64,000 nucleotides of DNA from contig JABGQH010000009.1 in assembly GCA_018648865.1 (NCBI GenBank), positions 12,917-76,916 on the forward strand, given 5' to 3'. The stretch comes from Candidatus Peregrinibacteria bacterium. Lineage in GTDB: Bacteria > Patescibacteriota > Gracilibacteria > Peribacterales > Peribacteraceae. The notes under the pieces were generated by a model, which did not search any database, was not told the origin of the DNA, and saw nothing but the letters and a program-made list of their open reading frames with translations. Below, piece after piece: positions 32,265-42,328 of this stretch (the stretch's first letter is position 1; each line of letters starts with the position of its first letter). The translations under genes were made by a program, and so were the position numbers.

Positions 32265-32580
32265 ACGGGACGGGGGGCAAGCAGAGCAGTGTACGGAATA
32301 GGCACTTGTTGTCTAGTAAGAAGTGATTAATTCCATTATATGAACAAACTCTTTGTTCAATGTCATACTTTATGGCTATAGCTAGCCAAATAGGAATAGT
32401 TTCATAGTTTAATTTAAGAAGGAAAATAGTTGTATAAAAAATGTATACACAAATGTCTAAAAAACAGCATAATCCGCTTTAAATGGTCACTTACTCAATT
32501 AGATCTCAAATAAAAATCATATATTTCATTTAGTAATTTGCAATCTTGTATGGCATCTAGTTACATGCTTATATATAAAT

Positions 32581-33279
32581 ATGAAACCTCTAAAATATTT
32601 TGATGTTGTAGTCTCTTTCTTTGTAGCAGCCTTGCTAATTAGCAACATTTCATCTTCTGCAAAGATTGTTGATTGGGGTTTCTCTATTTTCGGCTTAAGG
32701 CTAGCGTTTGATGCAGGAACATTGCTGTTTCCTATTAGTTATATATTTGGAGACATCCTTACAGAAGTATATGGGTATCAAAAAGCACGCAGAGCTATTT
32801 GGATCGGATTTTTCATGAGCGCAATTATGAGTGGCTACTTCTTGTTAGTTCAAAAAATGCCAGGAGAAGAGCAATGGCTGCTGTATGCAGGTAATGATGC
32901 ATATTCCTCAATACTAGGTGGTGTGAGTACTGGGGGGATCGTTATTGCAAGTTTATGTGCATACTTGTTTGGTGAGCTAAGCAACTCTGTAATTTTGGCT
33001 AAGATGAAAGTACTAATGAATGGCAGATATTTGTGGATGAGGACTATTGGATCTACTTTGATTGGTCAGATTATTGATTCTGTAATTTTTGTAACTATTG
33101 CCTGTTTATTAGGTGTTTTCCCATGGGAAATAGCTGTGAGTCTGATTATCGCAAATTACATTTTCAAAGTTTCGATAGAAGTCTTATTCACGCCATTAAC
33201 GTATAAGATTGTTGATTTCCTTAAAAAGGAAGAGGGATTAGACTATTTTGACACAAATACTAAATTCTCGATCGTTTGA
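32581..33279 (+). CDS. Queuosine precursor transporter (YhhQ/VUT family)
   Basis: FPISYIFGDILTEVYGY, ASLCAYLFGE, RTIGSTLIGQIIDSVIF. Confidence 0.92.
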   Translation: MKPLKYFDVVVSFFVAALLISNISSSAKIVDWGFSIFGLRLAFDAGTLLFPISYIFGDILTEVYGYQKARRAIWIGFFMSAIMSGYFLLVQKMPGEEQWLLYAGNDAYSSILGGVSTGGIVIASLCAYLFGELSNSVILAKMKVLMNGRYLWMRTIGSTLIGQIIDSVIFVTIACLLGVFPWEIAVSLIIANYIFKVSIEVLFTPLTYKIVDFLKKEEGLDYFDTNTKFSIV

Positions 33280-33286
33280 TAATAAA

Positions 33287-34129
33287 CTATTTGGATTCCT
33301 CTGGCATCACACCAAAGATGTGCAAGTAAACTGAGGATCGCAATTCATCATCAATTGGTCCAATTACACTAAGCCTTTCAATAACTCTTTTTAATTCCAT
33401 CGCATGCATTTCTGCAATTTTATCCTCTTTTTCTAGCTGTAATTGTTTTTCTACCTCTGGATTAACTTTATTAAGATATTGATTAGATCTTGCTTTGCTT
33501 AATGATCGTTTAACAGAATTTGATCTTTTACTCTTATCATTTTGGTATCTACTGATTTTATTTTCCAAATATCCATTTCTAAGACTATTTTTATCATTTA
33601 AATTTGAATGAATCTCAGACATAACATTTTTAGATCTTTGCTCTTTAATTTGTCTAACACTTATTCTTTTTCTGTGTAAGAAACTTGTTCTGCTTTGTGT
33701 TCGAGATTTTTTTAATGCTTCCCACTGGTTTCTCCATGCCATTTCTTTTTCCTTCAATGCTGCTTCTTTTTCTTCTCTTTGAATAGCGAAGAGAGATTTA
33801 GCATTACTCATCATTCTTTGACGAGCTCTTAACTGAATCTTATTTTTTAAAGAATGCAATAGTGGTAATTGGCTTAGCAGATCGTTTTCTTCTTGTATTC
33901 TACTTTCTACCCAAGCTTTTAAATCTTCTCTTTCTTTCATTATATCTTTTTGAATTTCTTTTAGTGCAGCAAAGGACCTTGCATATTCATTTTCTTGTAC
34001 GTCTCTTTGTTGATTAATTGTTTGAATATTTTCACTTAATACATTTATATCAACTTCTGATGCACTTGCTAGGCAAGGCAAGATTATTACTGCTGTAACC
34101 AATGTATAGATAGATAATGAATGTTTCAT
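33287..34129 (-). CDS. Secreted coiled-coil hypothetical protein (probable start ATG 34129)
   Basis: Signal peptide MKHSLSIYTLVTAVIILPCLASA followed by charged helices. Confidence 0.7.
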   Translation of the reverse strand: MKHSLSIYTLVTAVIILPCLASASEVDINVLSENIQTINQQRDVQENEYARSFAALKEIQKDIMKEREDLKAWVESRIQEENDLLSQLPLLHSLKNKIQLRARQRMMSNAKSLFAIQREEKEAALKEKEMAWRNQWEALKKSRTQSRTSFLHRKRISVRQIKEQRSKNVMSEIHSNLNDKNSLRNGYLENKISRYQNDKSKRSNSVKRSLSKARSNQYLNKVNPEVEKQLQLEKEDKIAEMHAMELKRVIERLSVIGPIDDELRSSVYLHIFGVMPEESK

Positions 34130-34252
34130 AGTATTTGGAGAAAGTTGTGACAGGAGTGGCAGAATACAGAATGGTATAATGATGTCAAATATTCTGCTCA
34201 AATGGACAAAACAAAATAATGATTTTGTAATAAATATCAGCATTTCACTTAT

Positions 34253-35062
34253 GTGATATTTAGTGTGTATAATATTTTGTATATGAAGTTAAAGTGGTTT
34301 TCAGTATGTATTTGTTTGGCATTTGCAACTCCAATTGTTGCATCTGCTGCATTTTCACTTCCTCCAAACGATGGGTATCTTACAGATGATGCCTCTCTTA
34401 TAGATGCTACGCAGGAGCAGGTTATAGAAAGTGCCCTATCCGGATTAGCAGATCAAACTGGCCAGTTTATTGTTGTGTTCTTTATAGAGAGCTTACTTGG
34501 TTATGATGTTGACGATATAACAGATCAAGTTAGAGAAGAGTGGGATTTACCATCAAATAGTGTTTTGTTACTTTTCTCATACAGCGATAGAATCGCTAAT
34601 GTTTCAACTGACTTTCAACTAAGTACTATTTTTAGTGATCAGGTAAGAAATGGAATTGTGGAGAAAGATATTATGCCTAGTGTAAGGGAAGGAAAATACA
34701 ACAAAGCTATTTTGAGTGGTGTAGAGAGCATCATGAATCACATAACTGGGAAGTACACTGAAGAGAGGTATTACACTGGCCTTGAGTCGAGTAAGTCATT
34801 GGCTGTTACATTGCTTTATGCAATTGTCTTCTTATTTGCTTTGTCTTGGTTGCTTGGAACAATTGCTATATTCACATTCAATAGAAGGTATTCAATCGCA
34901 GGTACTTTAATAGGTCCAATTGTTGGTGTCATACTATTACAGAAACATGGAATGTGGCTTAGTATCCCACCATTCTTGCTACTGGGGGTGCTGTCTGATT
35001 ATTTTGTTTTCAAATTATATAAATCCTGTGTTCCAAAAAGAAGAAGGAAGAGATCAAAGTAA
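34253..35062 (+). CDS. TPM (DUF477) domain membrane protein
   Basis: GYLTDDASLI, ...IMPSVREGKYNKAILSGV; C-terminal TMs; start probably at MKLKWF. Confidence 0.85.
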   Translation: MIFSVYNILYMKLKWFSVCICLAFATPIVASAAFSLPPNDGYLTDDASLIDATQEQVIESALSGLADQTGQFIVVFFIESLLGYDVDDITDQVREEWDLPSNSVLLLFSYSDRIANVSTDFQLSTIFSDQVRNGIVEKDIMPSVREGKYNKAILSGVESIMNHITGKYTEERYYTGLESSKSLAVTLLYAIVFLFALSWLLGTIAIFTFNRRYSIAGTLIGPIVGVILLQKHGMWLSIPPFLLLGVLSDYFVFKLYKSCVPKRRRKRSK

Positions 35063-35082
35063 TTCTTTGCTAGAATATATGT

Positions 35083-36018
35083 ATGAACTCAATTCTGTTT
35101 GCATACTTTCTTCATCATTTTAATCTAGGTCAGCAGAACAATTCTTTGGCAGCTGCTCAGACTCAAAACGTTGTTAGTACAACGAATGCAGTTCTTTCTG
35201 TAGAACATGAGCAGGCTACTGTTAGGTCATTTCCTCGTGGCTCTACTAGGATTCCGTTTTTAAATTTAAGTTTAAAAACATCTTGTGATGAAGACGTGAT
35301 TTTAGATGGGATTACTGTACGTCATAGGGGGTTAGGGAGTGCACAGGATATTAGTTCTGTATATTTACTAGCTGATAATAGGAGAATAACAAGGGGACGA
35401 ACTGTTCCAAAAGATGGAGAAGTGCACTTTAATATTCGCAATATTGTTATTAAAGCATGTTCAACTAAGCTAATTACTGTTGCAGCAGATATTTCTGCAG
35501 ATGCAGCTATAGATTCGCAGCATGGGTTTTATATTGATGATGCTAAGGATGTCTCGACAAATTCAAATGTCTACCTTTCCGCCAGACCTGATTTGAAACA
35601 AAACAATGTCTATAGGACAGCTACAAAGAAAGCAGGGACTATCAATGTTACCTATGCGAACATTTCAAGCAGGATCAAGTACGGATTGCGCAGAAAGGTA
35701 ATGAGATTTCTACTTAAAGCAGACTCCGTTTCTAATCATAAAATTTCTGCAATTACGATTAGTAATCGCGGAAGTGCTAAAGATGATAATTTGAAAAATA
35801 TATTTATAGAAACAGGAACGCAGGTAATTACTCCTGTTGTTAGCCAAATGAATGGTGATTCAATTGATTTGATTTTTGATCCTCCTTTTATCTTAAACAA
35901 AAACCAAGAAAGATTGTTTTCTGTTAGAGCAGACGTAATGGCAAAGAGATCAAGAACCGTGCAGCTAATTATAGAAGAACCGAGTGATATAATTTCTATA
36001 CCTGTTAGTGGAAGATAA
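35083..36018 (+). CDS. Hypothetical surface protein with two beta-sandwich repeats
   Basis: Repeated ITV/I..RG..S..D...VYL/IFI...TV.AD motif. Confidence 0.65.
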   Translation: MNSILFAYFLHHFNLGQQNNSLAAAQTQNVVSTTNAVLSVEHEQATVRSFPRGSTRIPFLNLSLKTSCDEDVILDGITVRHRGLGSAQDISSVYLLADNRRITRGRTVPKDGEVHFNIRNIVIKACSTKLITVAADISADAAIDSQHGFYIDDAKDVSTNSNVYLSARPDLKQNNVYRTATKKAGTINVTYANISSRIKYGLRRKVMRFLLKADSVSNHKISAITISNRGSAKDDNLKNIFIETGTQVITPVVSQMNGDSIDLIFDPPFILNKNQERLFSVRADVMAKRSRTVQLIIEEPSDIISIPVSGR

Positions 36019-36091
36019 ATATTGTCTTTACTGTGAACAATTCGTAATTATGCTCTGGTGCCATATCTAAACTGTACGTTCTATTAAAGTC

Positions 36092-37096
36092 ATGGCAAAC
36101 TACATAGGATCAATTTCTTGTCTGCTTATTATGATTTCAAATAGTATAAAAAAAATGTCAGTTGTAGCACTAGGTGTTTTATTAATTACAGCTTGTGTTA
36201 AACAAAATGCAGACGGAGGTGAGCTACCTCCAGAGGAGGTTCTAATGAAATCAGTTATTGCTGCTATGCAAACTGAATCAGCAAAATTTGATGTAGAAGG
36301 GAATATTCAAGTAAATAAACCTGATAGCTTAATAAATGCTAGCGCAGTTATTAAAGGACGACAGGATGCGATGGGAAAACAGTCACACTTTTCTGCAGAT
36401 ATTCATCTTGTTTCTAACAATGCTTCTGAATCGCTGTCATTGGATACAAAAATTAAAATTACTACTCTAGGTCCAGACGAAATATATTTGATGGTAGATG
36501 AATTGATTGCAGATGGAGAGAACCCATTATTTTCTGAATCATTAGTAAAAATGTTCACTGGAAAATGGATCACTGTTAAAAGTAACGAGTCCGATATGGG
36601 TAATTCTACTGTAAGTCCTGATCCCAGATTATTACGTGCACAGGCAAAAGTTGTTAGAGTAAAGGAAGAATTGCCTTTCACGTCTATTGATGACAATGAC
36701 ACGTATCATTATTCGGTATCTGTAGATCCAGAAAAGTTAGCTCTATACTTAGAAGAAGTATCAAAGGAACAGGGTGAAGAGTTTGATAGTGAAATGCTTA
36801 TGGAAATGTACAACACATTAATAGCATCAGGAGAAATTTGGATAGATGCAGATACATTTAATGTTAGAAAGATAGTGTGGAATATTGATTCACTTATTAC
36901 GCAAGATGGCACAGTAATTTCAGGAGAAATGGATGTTATGTTCTCTGATTTTAATAATGTAGAGCCAATACTTCCCCCAGATGAGAGTATTAGCATCACA
37001 GAAGCAATGGGCTCTATATTTGGGTCTCAATTACAAGACGAAGACGATCAATCTATACAATTAATGCTTCAGCAATCAATTCCACTTAATGAGTAA
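36092..37096 (+). CDS. Putative lipoprotein (LppX/LprAFG-like fold)
   Basis: Lipobox LITAC; IWIDADTF, FSDFN..EPI.PP. Confidence 0.65.
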   Translation: MANYIGSISCLLIMISNSIKKMSVVALGVLLITACVKQNADGGELPPEEVLMKSVIAAMQTESAKFDVEGNIQVNKPDSLINASAVIKGRQDAMGKQSHFSADIHLVSNNASESLSLDTKIKITTLGPDEIYLMVDELIADGENPLFSESLVKMFTGKWITVKSNESDMGNSTVSPDPRLLRAQAKVVRVKEELPFTSIDDNDTYHYSVSVDPEKLALYLEEVSKEQGEEFDSEMLMEMYNTLIASGEIWIDADTFNVRKIVWNIDSLITQDGTVISGEMDVMFSDFNNVEPILPPDESISITEAMGSIFGSQLQDEDDQSIQLMLQQSIPLNE

Positions 37097-39072
37097 TGGA
37101 TACTAACCAACAATCTGTAGACGGCATTTCGGTTGATCAGCCGGCAATTTCGAAAGCTAATCCTAATATTAAGATGGCTTTATTGATTATTTTTTTAACG
37201 CCATATGTAATATTTGTTTTTTGGTGCTTATTCTTGTTGGCATTTTTGCCAAATGCAAAAGGGGACTTTGAACAGCTAATACCGCTTGGTGTAATGAGTG
37301 GATTTTCTGGCGCTGCAGTTTTATCAATAATCGCTGCATTCTTATTAAAGAGGATTGTATTTGCAGATAAACAGAGAATAATTACAATCTTAGGAGTAAC
37401 AAAAATATCTGCTGTGATATTGCCAGGAATAATTATTGCTTTATTTACAGTATATAAAATACAACAAGAGCCATCCCTATCATTGCAGATACTGGCTCCA
37501 GAGATTCAAGGAAAATTAATTGCCCCTTTAACAATTACATTTGGTCTAAATGAAGCTGCAGATGTATTAAGTAGAAGGGGACTGAGTATAGAATCAATTT
37601 CTTGGGATTTCGAAGGAGACGGGGAAGCTAATGAGGAAACAATCGAAACAGAGTCAACTGCATACTACGAAGACAAAGGAACATATGACGTTGCTGTGAA
37701 ACTTACTTTGACTGATGGTTCATTTAGATATATATATAGAAAACTACTTATCGCAGATGCTGTATTTTCTGTCTTTCCAATTCAGCCAATAGTAGACGAG
37801 CCAGTTACACTTAGTATTGAACACATGATTAATGATCCTGTTAAGCTAGTAGAAGCAAAATGGGATTTTCAAAGTGACGGAGAAATAGATGAAATAACAG
37901 ACAAAACAGATGTTTCATTTACTTATCCTAGAACTGGATTAAACACAGTTACTGTAACAATGCTTCTTAGTAATCAAACTCTGTTAACAATGCAAAGGGA
38001 GATTACAATTACAGACCCTCCTCCACTTCCTTTCCCAGTAAGTATAGAAACTGATCCAATTAACCTAATTGGACCTGCTCCTTTTGGTATTTTATTTAGC
38101 ATAGAAACCAGTGAGCCATTTCAAAGTGTAGATTGGGACTTAGGAGACGGTAATAAGGCAAGTGGAGATCGCATAGGCCATACTTTTGAAGATAACGGTA
38201 ATTATTACGTCACAGCAGAGGTCAGGTCTAATAGCGGTGTAGTTGCACGCGTGAGTAAAACAGTTCGTGTTGTAGATGTATTAAGGTTACCGGATCTAAA
38301 ATTCGTAGGAACACCAGATATAAGAGGTAGAAAGATTTCTGGTGAAGTTCCTTTGCAAATTGAGGTAAGTCCAGAAACAAATCAACCATTAATTGATTTT
38401 GTTTGGGAGGCTCCAAATGCTACGGCTGTTGAATCTACTGACACTGTGTTAAAGGCAATTTATAGAAGGCCAGGAACATATACAGCAACAATGATTGCAA
38501 CTGGGCCATCTAAAAATGTTTTAAGAATGTCGCTAACAATAGAGGTATTACCTCCAAGTTCTATAATCGCAATTCGTATGAGTCCAGAGGGCGGTGTTTC
38601 TCCTCTCCTAGTTCGTTTTGATGCATCTGAAACTGTAATACCAGATGAAGAAATCACTGGGTTTGAATGGAAGTTTGGAGACGGTATACAATCTTCTCCT
38701 ATACAAAGTGGTGCACAGATTGAGTATCTATTTGAACAACCTGGTACTTACAGAATATTAGTTACTGCATTTACAACTAGTGGAAAAACATTCAGCGCAG
38801 AAAGAACTATAGTAGTACGTGCTCCTGTATTAGATGCTTGTTTCACAACTAGTAGAACATCAGGCAAAGCGCCACTAGGTGTTAGCTTTGATATGTCTTG
38901 TACTACAGGTAGATCAGACGATATAGAATGGGACTTTGGAGATGGTTCAACAACAGACGAGAATAATCCTATCCATGTATTCGAGAGACCAGGTACATAT
39001 AATGTTATCCTTTCTCTAAAAGATGAACAGGGCTCATTGAGCCAAGAAATGCTTACTATTACTTCCCAATAA
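37096..39072 (+). CDS. Membrane-anchored multi-PKD domain protein
   Basis: 3 TM helices followed by repeated WDFGDG/PGTY PKD motifs. Confidence 0.9.
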   Translation: MDTNQQSVDGISVDQPAISKANPNIKMALLIIFLTPYVIFVFWCLFLLAFLPNAKGDFEQLIPLGVMSGFSGAAVLSIIAAFLLKRIVFADKQRIITILGVTKISAVILPGIIIALFTVYKIQQEPSLSLQILAPEIQGKLIAPLTITFGLNEAADVLSRRGLSIESISWDFEGDGEANEETIETESTAYYEDKGTYDVAVKLTLTDGSFRYIYRKLLIADAVFSVFPIQPIVDEPVTLSIEHMINDPVKLVEAKWDFQSDGEIDEITDKTDVSFTYPRTGLNTVTVTMLLSNQTLLTMQREITITDPPPLPFPVSIETDPINLIGPAPFGILFSIETSEPFQSVDWDLGDGNKASGDRIGHTFEDNGNYYVTAEVRSNSGVVARVSKTVRVVDVLRLPDLKFVGTPDIRGRKISGEVPLQIEVSPETNQPLIDFVWEAPNATAVESTDTVLKAIYRRPGTYTATMIATGPSKNVLRMSLTIEVLPPSSIIAIRMSPEGGVSPLLVRFDASETVIPDEEITGFEWKFGDGIQSSPIQSGAQIEYLFEQPGTYRILVTAFTTSGKTFSAERTIVVRAPVLDACFTTSRTSGKAPLGVSFDMSCTTGRSDDIEWDFGDGSTTDENNPIHVFERPGTYNVILSLKDEQGSLSQEMLTITSQ

Positions 39073-39077
39073 TTAAA

Positions 39078-39170
39078 ATGAAGCAAAAAAAAGTTGTCCG
39101 AATCGTAGCTACTGTAGGTGCTTTAGCAATTGTTGCAGCAGCCTTATTGCCTGTGTTAAGCGCTTTCTAG
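39078..39170 (+). CDS. Unannotated 30-aa membrane peptide
   Basis: MKQKKVVRIVATVGALAIVAAALLPVLSAF*; fills the gap between the PKD gene and the convergent tsaD stop. Confidence 0.6.
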   Translation: MKQKKVVRIVATVGALAIVAAALLPVLSAF

Positions 39171-40187
39171 TTAGTCAGATGCTTTTCCAGATTTAAATGA
39201 CTCATATGCGAGATCACCTTTTTCCCGAAAGAGAAAATATCCAGCTGCAGCAATCATAGACCCGTTATCTGTACAGTATTTTATTTTTGTAGGGCATCGA
39301 ACAGTTTTATCTTTGAAAGTAGAATTCACGATCTCTCTTAAATGATTATTAGCAGATACTCCACCAACAATATGAATTTCATTACATTCATCATGTTCAG
39401 ATACTGCTCGTTTTAATCTATCTACAAGATGAGCGCATATAGCATTCTCGTAAGACGCAGAAATATCAACAAGTTGCTTATCTGTAAGTGATTCAGGCGT
39501 ATCGATATTTAGATCTCTTAAAAGATATTTAAGTGATGTCTTTAGTCCAGAGAAACTAAAATCTAGTGATTTATCATTTGCTAGAGGTAGAGGAAACTTA
39601 TGTGAAGTAGCATCTCCATCTATTGCAGTTTTGCTAATCGATGGGCCACCAGGGTAGGGGAGCCCTAGCTGAATTGCTCCTTTATCGAATGCTTCTCCTG
39701 CTGCATCATCTTTTGTTGATCCAAGTAATATTCCCTCTGTATGAGACTTTCTAAGCCAAAGATCTGTATGACCGCCAGAAACAGATAAAGTTAAAATTGG
39801 ATAACTTGGTTCATCCTCACATTCCAACCATACGGATGATAAATGACCTAAGGTGTGATTAACTCCAATTAATGGCTTATTCCATATTGAGCAGAATGCT
39901 CTAGCAGTAGATGTGCCTACCAAAAGAGAGCCAAGTAATCCGGGCCCCTTTGTTACTGCTACTGCATCAATGTCCATTGCAGAAAGATTAGCCTCACTAA
40001 GTGCAGTATTTAGTACAGGAATCATATATTCAACTTGAGCTCTGGCAGCTTCCTCTGGGATAACTCCTCCTGCATTCTCAAAAAGCTCAATTGAGCTGCT
40101 AGTTACATTAGATAAAACCTTTCTTCCATCTTCTACTATTGCAACAGAGGTTTCATCGCACGATGTTTCTATTCCTAGTATTAGCAC
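39171..40187 (-). CDS. tsaD: tRNA N6-adenosine threonylcarbamoyltransferase
   Basis: LGIETSCDET, GPGL.GSL.VG, HTLGH, DDAAGEAFDK, CTDNGSMI. Confidence 0.96.
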   Translation of the reverse strand: MLILGIETSCDETSVAIVEDGRKVLSNVTSSSIELFENAGGVIPEEAARAQVEYMIPVLNTALSEANLSAMDIDAVAVTKGPGLLGSLLVGTSTARAFCSIWNKPLIGVNHTLGHLSSVWLECEDEPSYPILTLSVSGGHTDLWLRKSHTEGILLGSTKDDAAGEAFDKGAIQLGLPYPGGPSISKTAIDGDATSHKFPLPLANDKSLDFSFSGLKTSLKYLLRDLNIDTPESLTDKQLVDISASYENAICAHLVDRLKRAVSEHDECNEIHIVGGVSANNHLREIVNSTFKDKTVRCPTKIKYCTDNGSMIAAAGYFLFREKGDLAYESFKSGKASD

Positions 40188-40281
40188 AAGCTTAGTATAC
40201 GTAAAATTGAGGATAATGAAGAGATAGATTAATAAAAATTGTAATACAATTTATTATATAATGAAGATTAGATTTCGTATT

Positions 40282-40316
40282 CCCTCTCCCGGCGGGAGAG
40301 GGTTAGGGAGAGGGGG
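40282..40316. repeat. GC-rich REP-like palindrome
   Basis: CCCTCTCCC-GGC-GGGAGAGGG-TTAGGGAGAGGGG in AT-rich intergenic DNA. Confidence 0.7.
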
Positions 40317-40629
40317 TGATCACCATAAAGGACAAAGTACATAATTTATTTACTAAAATAATTCATTACATGTTCATTTTTTGTCTTGATACAAAAAACG
40401 AACCAAAAAAGATCAAGACAAACGCAGACTCGCTCGTCGCATACTTGCTAGACATAAGTTTAACTCACAGAGACAAGTCATCTGTTCGTGTATCACTAGA
40501 AACTATGCAATGCTCCTCTCTCAAACAAGTGCGCTTGCATTTTATGCTTAAGGCTCAAAGCTTATAGCTTAAAGCTATTTAAACCGTTCCATTGCTTCAC
40601 TGTTATACTGCTTCACTGTTTTACTGATA

Positions 40630-41436
40630 TTAAAGCCTATGCAGACCAATTCTTTTAGCTGTAACAATTAATCTGTCTTTTGTTGTTCCTATAGGGAAGC
40701 ACGTCATCAACTTAAGTATCTTCTCATCCTTTTGTTGCTTTAAAATTTCAGTTTCAGAAACTGGAATTACGTAGGATTCTTGAACAATGTATGTGATTCT
40801 AACCCCATCATCTATTAGATATATTGCATCTCCTTCTTTTAATGATGGAAGCGATCTAAAAATATTTCCATATATACTTTCTGCTGCACGTTCGTCTGGA
40901 GGGCTGCTATGACCTGCAATAATTATTGAACCCATTTCACCAGGTAAAACAGAATGAGGATATGCAACAGCTCCTTTTAGGAGTCCTATTTGCATTTGCT
41001 CTTCTAACATACCCCATTTTCTAGACTCCCAATAAGTGATAGACGGTAGCAAAACTGGAACACGTATGTTCAAAGAGGGGATTTGCAATGTAAAGGATCT
41101 TTGTAGCCCCCATTTTTCAAGTTCATTTTCAGTTTTAGCATTGTCTTCTTCTGAATTTATCTCTCTTGTTTCTACAGTTATATTAACTGGTGCAGACTCA
41201 TGTAATTCATTTTTATCGATTTCATCTTCTATATTAATAAGTGATGCTTCTAAACTCTTTGTCTTAACATTGGAATATTCCAAGTAGCTTAAATTTCTGT
41301 TCCAAACATTTTCTTTTGATTCATATGTATTGGAATATGCAATATTGGCGATTGCTAATGTCCAAAGCAAAGAGGAAACAACAACAGAGATCCCCGCAGC
41401 CGTATAAGCAAATTTCCAGTTTTGTTTTTGTGTCAT
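40630..41436 (-). CDS. Second sortase family protein
   Basis: IAGHSS, LMTCFPIGTTKDR; N-terminal TM. Confidence 0.85.
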   Translation of the reverse strand: MTQKQNWKFAYTAAGISVVVSSLLWTLAIANIAYSNTYESKENVWNRNLSYLEYSNVKTKSLEASLINIEDEIDKNELHESAPVNITVETREINSEEDNAKTENELEKWGLQRSFTLQIPSLNIRVPVLLPSITYWESRKWGMLEEQMQIGLLKGAVAYPHSVLPGEMGSIIIAGHSSPPDERAAESIYGNIFRSLPSLKEGDAIYLIDDGVRITYIVQESYVIPVSETEILKQQKDEKILKLMTCFPIGTTKDRLIVTAKRIGLHRL

Positions 41437-41513
41437 TATGTATAATTATAACATATTATACTAAATATGTCTAACTCTTACATTAAATGGTAAATCTTTC
41501 TATACTTAGATAT

Positions 41514-42287
41514 ATGATTCAATTCTTCCCATCTAGAGAGATAGCTGTCCAGATCCTTAGTTTAAGTATTCATTGGTACGGATTGCTCTATTTAATCTCC
41601 TTTTGGATAGCATATTTAATACTCCCCAGACTAGGTAGAAAGCGTAAATTGAACCTTACGCATGATGATTGGGCATCATTGCTCACATGGGCCGTAGTAG
41701 GTGTAATTGTAGGTGGTAGGCTAGGTTATGCTGTTTTATATGAACCTGTATATTTTTTAGCTAATCCATTAAAACTATTTGCAGTTTGGGAGGGCGGAAT
41801 GTCGTCTCATGGAGGATTCGCTGGAGTTATTATCCTTTTATCCTATATTTTATGGGAGAGGCAGATTTCCTTAAAAAGGGTGGCTGATGTAGTAGTGATA
41901 CCTGCTGCGATTGGCTTAGCTCTTGGCAGGCTAGGTAATTTTATTAATCAAGAGTTGTATGGGACTGTTACGACTTTGCCATGGGGTATGGAGTTTCCTT
42001 TAGCAGATGGAATTCGTCATCCACTTCAGATATATGGAATAATTAAAGATCTATTAATTGCTGGCGCTTGTTTCTGGTATTTAAATAGAAAGCCTATTTG
42101 TATTGGTAGAACGGCTGCTTTGTTTATGATTCTTTATGGATCACTTAGGTTTTTACTAGAATTCATTCGTGATCAACAATATTCACTATTTGATTTAGGC
42201 ATTATTACTTTAACTAGGGGGCAAATGTATACACTTCCAATTTTGGTTCTTGGTTTGTTTTTGTGGGTTAAATGTAAGGATGAATAG
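41514..42287 (+). CDS. lgt: Prolipoprotein diacylglyceryl transferase (probable start ATG 41514)
   Basis: HWYGLLY, GGRLGY, GGMSSHGG, GRLGNFINQEL.G, RHP.Q.Y. Confidence 0.96.
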   Translation: MIQFFPSREIAVQILSLSIHWYGLLYLISFWIAYLILPRLGRKRKLNLTHDDWASLLTWAVVGVIVGGRLGYAVLYEPVYFLANPLKLFAVWEGGMSSHGGFAGVIILLSYILWERQISLKRVADVVVIPAAIGLALGRLGNFINQELYGTVTTLPWGMEFPLADGIRHPLQIYGIIKDLLIAGACFWYLNRKPICIGRTAALFMILYGSLRFLLEFIRDQQYSLFDLGIITLTRGQMYTLPILVLGLFLWVKCKDE

Positions 42288-42328
42288 CTTTAAGACTTAA
42301 GCTTTAAGCTATAAAAAAATACTTAAAG

